Positions 59,463 through 64,000 of a stretch of 64,000 nt of DNA are shown here, in pieces (position 1 is the stretch's first letter; every line of letters starts with the position of its first letter). Source of the stretch: Roseibacillus sp. (GTDB taxonomy: Bacteria > Verrucomicrobiota > Verrucomicrobiia > Verrucomicrobiales > Akkermansiaceae); contig CBDEUM010000030.1 in the NCBI GenBank assembly GCA_965242925.1, forward strand, positions 160,001 to 224,000. Direction: 5' to 3'. Under the pieces are notes generated by a model that ran no database searches, was not told the origin of the DNA, and saw only the letters and a program-made list of their open reading frames with translations. A program made the translations under genes and the position numbers.

Positions 59463-62222
59463 GTGGCGACCGAAGTGCCCCCTGATCCCGTCCCCGAGAT
59501 CCTCAATCCGGATCGACTCGTGGAACTTCCCGCGGGCGAACGGCTTCTTCTCTACAAGGATTACATGGCGGAGGAGAATGCCCGCCTCCGCAAGGTCCAC
59601 GACGAGGGCGGCGGCGGGTGCGAGGTGGCCTCTCTTCGTTCCGCCGTAATCGACGGACTCCTCAACTCCCTTTTCCACACCGCGGTTCTCGGGACCGCCG
59701 CGCCCGGTCGCGTCACTCTCGTGGCTAACGGTGGTTACGGGCGGGGCCTGCTCAATCCTGGTTCCGATATCGACCTCCTCTTCCTCCTTCCACGTGCTTC
59801 CCATAGTATCAACAAACGCCTGAAGGACCTGATCGGAGACGTGCTCTATCCCCTCTTCGATCTCGGATTCAAGGTCGGCCACGCCTCCCGCTCCATTCCT
59901 GAATGCATCTCGGAAGCCAAACGCGACCCCATTACCCGGACTTCACTCTTTGATCACCGTCAACTTTGCGGAGACAAGGCCCTCTACGAAAAGTTCGCTC
60001 GCCGCTTCCGTCAGGACTGCATCCTAAGGGACCGGGTCCGATTCTTTGAGGAACGCCGCTCCGATATCGAAGAGCGCTACCTTAAGTTCTCGTCCACGGT
60101 CTTCCTGCAGGAACCGAATCTGAAGGAAAGCCCCGGCGGCATGCGCGACTTCCATAACCTGCTTTGGATTTCCGACGCGCTCTTCGGCACCCGTGACCTT
60201 GAGGAACTGCATGCGCGCGGCACCCTCACTACCAACGCCTGCAACGAACTGCGCGAGGGTTTCGACTTCCTCCATCGGGTTCGTAACTGCGTGCACTATC
60301 ATACCGGGAAGGCCACCGACATTCTGACCCTGCGGTTCCAGGGAATTGTCACCGAGACCTTCCAGTATCGGCACAGGACCAAACTGCGACGCATTGAAGC
60401 CCTCATGCGGGATTACTATCTGCACGCGCGGGACATCCACCAGCACACCGCCAGCGTCTTTGAAATCGCTGAGATTGAAACACCGGTCCTGCGCCCCTTC
60501 CGCCTTTCCTCCTGGATACCCTTCAGCAGAAAATCCGGGATCAGGAAATTTGACGGTTTCGTTGCCGAGGAGGGCCGACTCTCCCCCGAACATGACGGGA
60601 TCTTCGAAGAAGATTCCGGGCGACTCCTGCGTCTTTTTCTCCATTGCCAGAAACATCATCTCCGCCCCTCCCCTCCCCTGCGCAAACTCATCAAGGCTAA
60701 CTGGGACAAGATCGACAAGGCCTTCAACTACAACCGGGAGAATCGCCGCACCTTCCGGACGATCCTGGAGAAGAAGGGACAGGTCGGGCGCACCCTCCGA
60801 CTCATGCACCGTTGCGGGATACTGGGCCGTTATTTTCCCGAGTTCGGTGCCTTGGAGTGCCTCGTCCAGCACGAGTTCTTTCATCGCTACACCGCCGATG
60901 AGCACACCCTGCGCTGCATCGATCAACTCGACGCCCTCATCGAGTCCGACAATCCCGCAGTGGATCGCTACCGGCAACTTCTCATCAATATAGAGGACCC
61001 CTACGCACTTTACCTTGCCGTGCTACTGCACGATTCCGGAAGGGCCGAGAACGTCCGGGAGCATATCGACGGCTCCCAGATCCTGGCCAACAAGGTCTGT
61101 CGACGGCTCCAGATAAGTCACGGCCGCCGACAACTCATCATGTTCCTGGTCGACCACCATCTCACCCTCTGGCGGTTCGCCACCAAGCGAAACATCGACG
61201 ATCCCGATGTAGTGGCGGAGTTCTCCGGTCTCATGAAGAATCGGCAATTCTTGGATGCCCTGTTGCTTTTCACCTACGCGGATTCCAGTGGGACCAACGA
61301 GGAAGCCTGGGGTCCCTGGAAGGAAACCCTTATCGTGCAACTCTACAGATCTACCCGGGCGGTCCTCAAGAAGGGATACGGAGCCTACGATGCGGAATTC
61401 CGCGGCAAACTTGAGAATCTCCGGAAGAAGGTCCGGGGGAATCTGCACAAACGCTACTCTGAAATCACCGACGAGCACTTTCAGCAGATGCCTAAACGCT
61501 ACTTTCGCTATCGCGATGCTCTGAGCGTAAAGACCCACATCCGCGCCATCTGGCAATACTTCGATCGACGGAGGCGACGCCCGGACACTCCTTTCGAGTC
61601 CGCCGTGCAGTGGCTTGAGTATCCCGATCAGGGATACACCGAACTCACCGTAGTGACCCACGACCGTCACCTTCTCCTTGAGAAAATCTGCTGCTCCCTG
61701 GCTGCTCACGAAATCAACATCCTCTCCGCTGACATCTACACCCGTGCAGACGGAGTGGCGCTCGACATCTTCCGGGTCTGCACCACCGACATGCAGGCGG
61801 TGAAAAACTCCTACCGGCAAATGAGTGCGGTGATGACCCTCTATGAGGTTAACCAGGAAGACCACTACGATCCAACCAGCTATCTCGAGGTAAAGAACAA
61901 CTTTCTCCGAGGGAACGACGACGACGCCATCCCCTTTCCGGTCCGCGCCTATATCGACAACGAGAGCGACCCCGGCACCACCGTGATCGAGATCCAGGCC
62001 ATCGACCGCATCGGACTCCTCCACGACCTCCTCCACACCATCAACCAGCACGGTCTCGACACCATCCACGCCCGGATCAGCACCGAAAAGGGCGCCGCCC
62101 TGGACACCTTTTACGTCCAGACTACCGAAGACGGCGGAAAACTGAATCGAATCGATGCTCTCTCCTCTCTGCAGGGGGCCCTCGAAGAGGTCATCCTTCC
62201 CTCCGGGGCCGATCGCGCCTGA
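59463..62222 (+). CDS. glnD: [Protein-PII] uridylyltransferase
   Basis: GGYGRG...SDIDLL, EPNLKESPGGMRD, HRYTADEH, LLHD and two ACT domains. Confidence 0.95.
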   Translation: MATEVPPDPVPEILNPDRLVELPAGERLLLYKDYMAEENARLRKVHDEGGGGCEVASLRSAVIDGLLNSLFHTAVLGTAAPGRVTLVANGGYGRGLLNPGSDIDLLFLLPRASHSINKRLKDLIGDVLYPLFDLGFKVGHASRSIPECISEAKRDPITRTSLFDHRQLCGDKALYEKFARRFRQDCILRDRVRFFEERRSDIEERYLKFSSTVFLQEPNLKESPGGMRDFHNLLWISDALFGTRDLEELHARGTLTTNACNELREGFDFLHRVRNCVHYHTGKATDILTLRFQGIVTETFQYRHRTKLRRIEALMRDYYLHARDIHQHTASVFEIAEIETPVLRPFRLSSWIPFSRKSGIRKFDGFVAEEGRLSPEHDGIFEEDSGRLLRLFLHCQKHHLRPSPPLRKLIKANWDKIDKAFNYNRENRRTFRTILEKKGQVGRTLRLMHRCGILGRYFPEFGALECLVQHEFFHRYTADEHTLRCIDQLDALIESDNPAVDRYRQLLINIEDPYALYLAVLLHDSGRAENVREHIDGSQILANKVCRRLQISHGRRQLIMFLVDHHLTLWRFATKRNIDDPDVVAEFSGLMKNRQFLDALLLFTYADSSGTNEEAWGPWKETLIVQLYRSTRAVLKKGYGAYDAEFRGKLENLRKKVRGNLHKRYSEITDEHFQQMPKRYFRYRDALSVKTHIRAIWQYFDRRRRRPDTPFESAVQWLEYPDQGYTELTVVTHDRHLLLEKICCSLAAHEINILSADIYTRADGVALDIFRVCTTDMQAVKNSYRQMSAVMTLYEVNQEDHYDPTSYLEVKNNFLRGNDDDAIPFPVRAYIDNESDPGTTVIEIQAIDRIGLLHDLLHTINQHGLDTIHARISTEKGAALDTFYVQTTEDGGKLNRIDALSSLQGALEEVILPSGADRA

Positions 62223-62343
62223 TCCCCCGAGCTACGCTTCATCAAAGGACACTCCCTCCCACCGATCCGTCTTCAGCCGGGCACTGCCATCCCGGAGCTC
62301 CTGCTGTCTGAAAGACAGAACTGCCCCGACCCAGTCCAACGGA

Positions 62344-63306
62344 CTACGGTCGCGGGTCAGGCACTACCAGTCTTTCGCGAGCAGCATCCCTGGTGGGAGC
62401 ACCTCCATTCACCCACTGCTCGTACAGAGCCCAGCCCTGCTTGACCAGACCCTGGGTCCGCCCAAAGCGGTCCTGACTGCCAATTACCACGCAGATAAGG
62501 CGGCGCGGGGTGAGCCGGGTTGCTCCGTCCGGTAACTTTTCGACCACAGGCTGCAGTTCTGAACTGGTGGCCAGACATTGACCTGCCAGTCTGGTCATCC
62601 CGGTCTTAATTCCATTGATATTCTGCTGTCCCAGCAGCTTGTTGGTGTTCTGTACCTTGAATCCCCTGATAGTGCCCTCGTGCTGAAAACTCAGATTGCG
62701 GCTTTTCTGTTTAACAAAAAAGGCGAACCCGGGTTCCCGCATGGCGTAAATGCAAAGCCGTGCCATGTCCGTGGCGGTCGAGTAGCCTCGTCTCTTGGAT
62801 AGATTAAGCCCATGCGGGTTGACGAACCTGGTCCTCCTCATTCCCAGCTCCTCGGACAGGGTGTTCATCTCCGTCACAAAGGCCTTCACCGGATCTCCCG
62901 TCCTGCCCCGGGCCTGCAGGATGCCGTAGCCCACGTAGTGGGCAAGCGATTGGGCCGCTGCGTTGTCCGATCCCAGGAGAGCAGAATAGAGTGCATTGCG
63001 CAGAGAGATGCGGTCCCCCGGAAACAGGCCCATTGGATTCGAACCTCCCAGACTGGCAACCGAGGGGGGCACGAGCATCTCCGTTCCCAGATCAGTCCTG
63101 GTGGCCTTGGCCCAATCCAGAACGACCATTGCGGTAGCCACCTTGGTCAGGCTCGCTACCGGCTTCCTCTCCAGGGCTGCCTGGGTCAGAAGAATCCGGC
63201 CAGAATTGGCCTCCACCACAAAGTAAGCCTCCCCGGCACGGGTGGTCATGGTGCTCAGAACAAGAAGAAAGGAAAGGATCAGACGGGCAGGGAGACAATT
63301 TGTCAC
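62344..63306 (-). CDS. D-alanyl-D-alanine carboxypeptidase (peptidase S11)
   Basis: ASLTK, SDN, NPHGL and KTG motifs. Start uncertain. Confidence 0.9.
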   Translation of the reverse strand: MTNCLPARLILSFLLVLSTMTTRAGEAYFVVEANSGRILLTQAALERKPVASLTKVATAMVVLDWAKATRTDLGTEMLVPPSVASLGGSNPMGLFPGDRISLRNALYSALLGSDNAAAQSLAHYVGYGILQARGRTGDPVKAFVTEMNTLSEELGMRRTRFVNPHGLNLSKRRGYSTATDMARLCIYAMREPGFAFFVKQKSRNLSFQHEGTIRGFKVQNTNKLLGQQNINGIKTGMTRLAGQCLATSSELQPVVEKLPDGATRLTPRRLICVVIGSQDRFGRTQGLVKQGWALYEQWVNGGAPTRDAARERLVVPDPRP

Positions 63307-63782
63307 TTGGAGCAATACGCAGATTTCCCGGGAAATATAGACCCCCAACCTTACCCACCACAACCCCCAATCCCAGCAGGTCCGGGACTTCGGGCATTTC
63401 CCTTGCCGTGGACAGACCTCCCGGGTACTTTCCTTCCCGACACGGAGAAATCTTCGATGCGCATGCTTGGCACTCGATTCCCGAACGGCAGTCTTATCGG
63501 CTTCGCCCTGACACCTGACGGGAACTCCGGACCAGTCGCCCGATCAACCAGGCGGCTGCCCACCTCTTGGGCCACCCGGCCCTTCCTTGCGGGAACGCTA
63601 CCAGTAACACGCCAAGCAAGCGGATTTATTACCAGACTCAATCGAACTCAGGGACAGCGACCTAATCGAATGACGCTATCAACGCCAGTTCTGCCCCATC
63701 TAATTGAGTATCTGGAGAGTCCGCAGGATGGCATCGATGCGCCTGTCGCGTTCCCGCGCGAACCCGAACCGAAACAAAACAC

Positions 63783-64000
63783 ATGTCCGATTCTTCGACT
63801 CGATCACGGCGAACAGATTCCGGAGGAGACTCCGGTAATCACCGTAATAGAAATCGAAACAGAAACCGCAACCGAAATCACAACCGATCCCGCAGTGGCG
63901 GAGCCGGTGGTGGTCAACAGTCCGGCAGTCGCCGCTCCGGTGGCCGCCGTCCTCGTCGGGGCCCGAAACCTGTTCCGCTGACCTGGTGGCAGAAGATCCT
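63783..64000 (+). CDS. Arg/Asn/Gly-rich N-terminus of a probable RNA-binding protein, runs off the window
   Basis: Not in the ORF track. ATG 63783 reads MSDSSTRSRRTDSGGDSGNHRNRNRNRNRNRNHNRSRSGGAGGG...PKPVPLTWWQKI, open to the window end. The product call rests on composition and recalled similarity only. Confidence 0.55.
   Translation, partial: MSDSSTRSRRTDSGGDSGNHRNRNRNRNRNRNHNRSRSGGAGGGQQSGSRRSGGRRPRRGPKPVPLTWWQKI

Noticed and set aside
63310..63780. Possible structured ncRNA (SRP or 6S) in the long intergenic region
   Set aside because: No diagnostic motif recognised by eye; an Rfam/Infernal search would be needed.
62812..63981. 389-aa + strand ORF
   Set aside because: Overlaps the DD-carboxypeptidase antisense and is out of frame with the better-supported ORF starting at 63783.

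Overview
GC-rich bacterial chromosomal window with a Verrucomicrobia/PVC-like gene repertoire (inferred from the DUF1592/DUF1552 pair, short HemA and typical secreted-protein architectures). The core content is a sialic-acid catabolic cluster (nanA, a Kelch/NanM-SSS transporter fusion, an AGE epimerase cut by the window edge), tRNA-Val, hrpB, tatA, lipA, two Pro-rich LysM genes, recR, a ClpX-like ATPase, a Ser/Thr kinase, a RluA-family gene, rnhB, a hem operon, apt, glnD and a DD-carboxypeptidase. The most notable feature is a ~9.1 kb element integrated in tRNA-Thr(CGT), bounded by a 76-bp direct repeat (38967-39042 and 48034-48109). It encodes a tyrosine integrase, an excisionase-like protein, a phage-type SSB-like protein and an HTH replication initiator with internal 21-bp-periodic iterons. 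It has no recognisable capsid, terminase, helicase or relaxase gene. Its only cargo is two tandem secreted 7-bladed FG-GAP-like beta-propeller genes. Their 14 blades share a near-identical DNA framework, vary by whole codons at a few fixed positions, carry indels in one loop and show a shuffled blade segment, which suggests a mobile, diversifying binding-protein cassette. A decayed copy of the same integrase at 33722-33977 points to an older element stacked in tandem at the same tRNA. Four genes are frameshifted, and some of these may be assembly errors.
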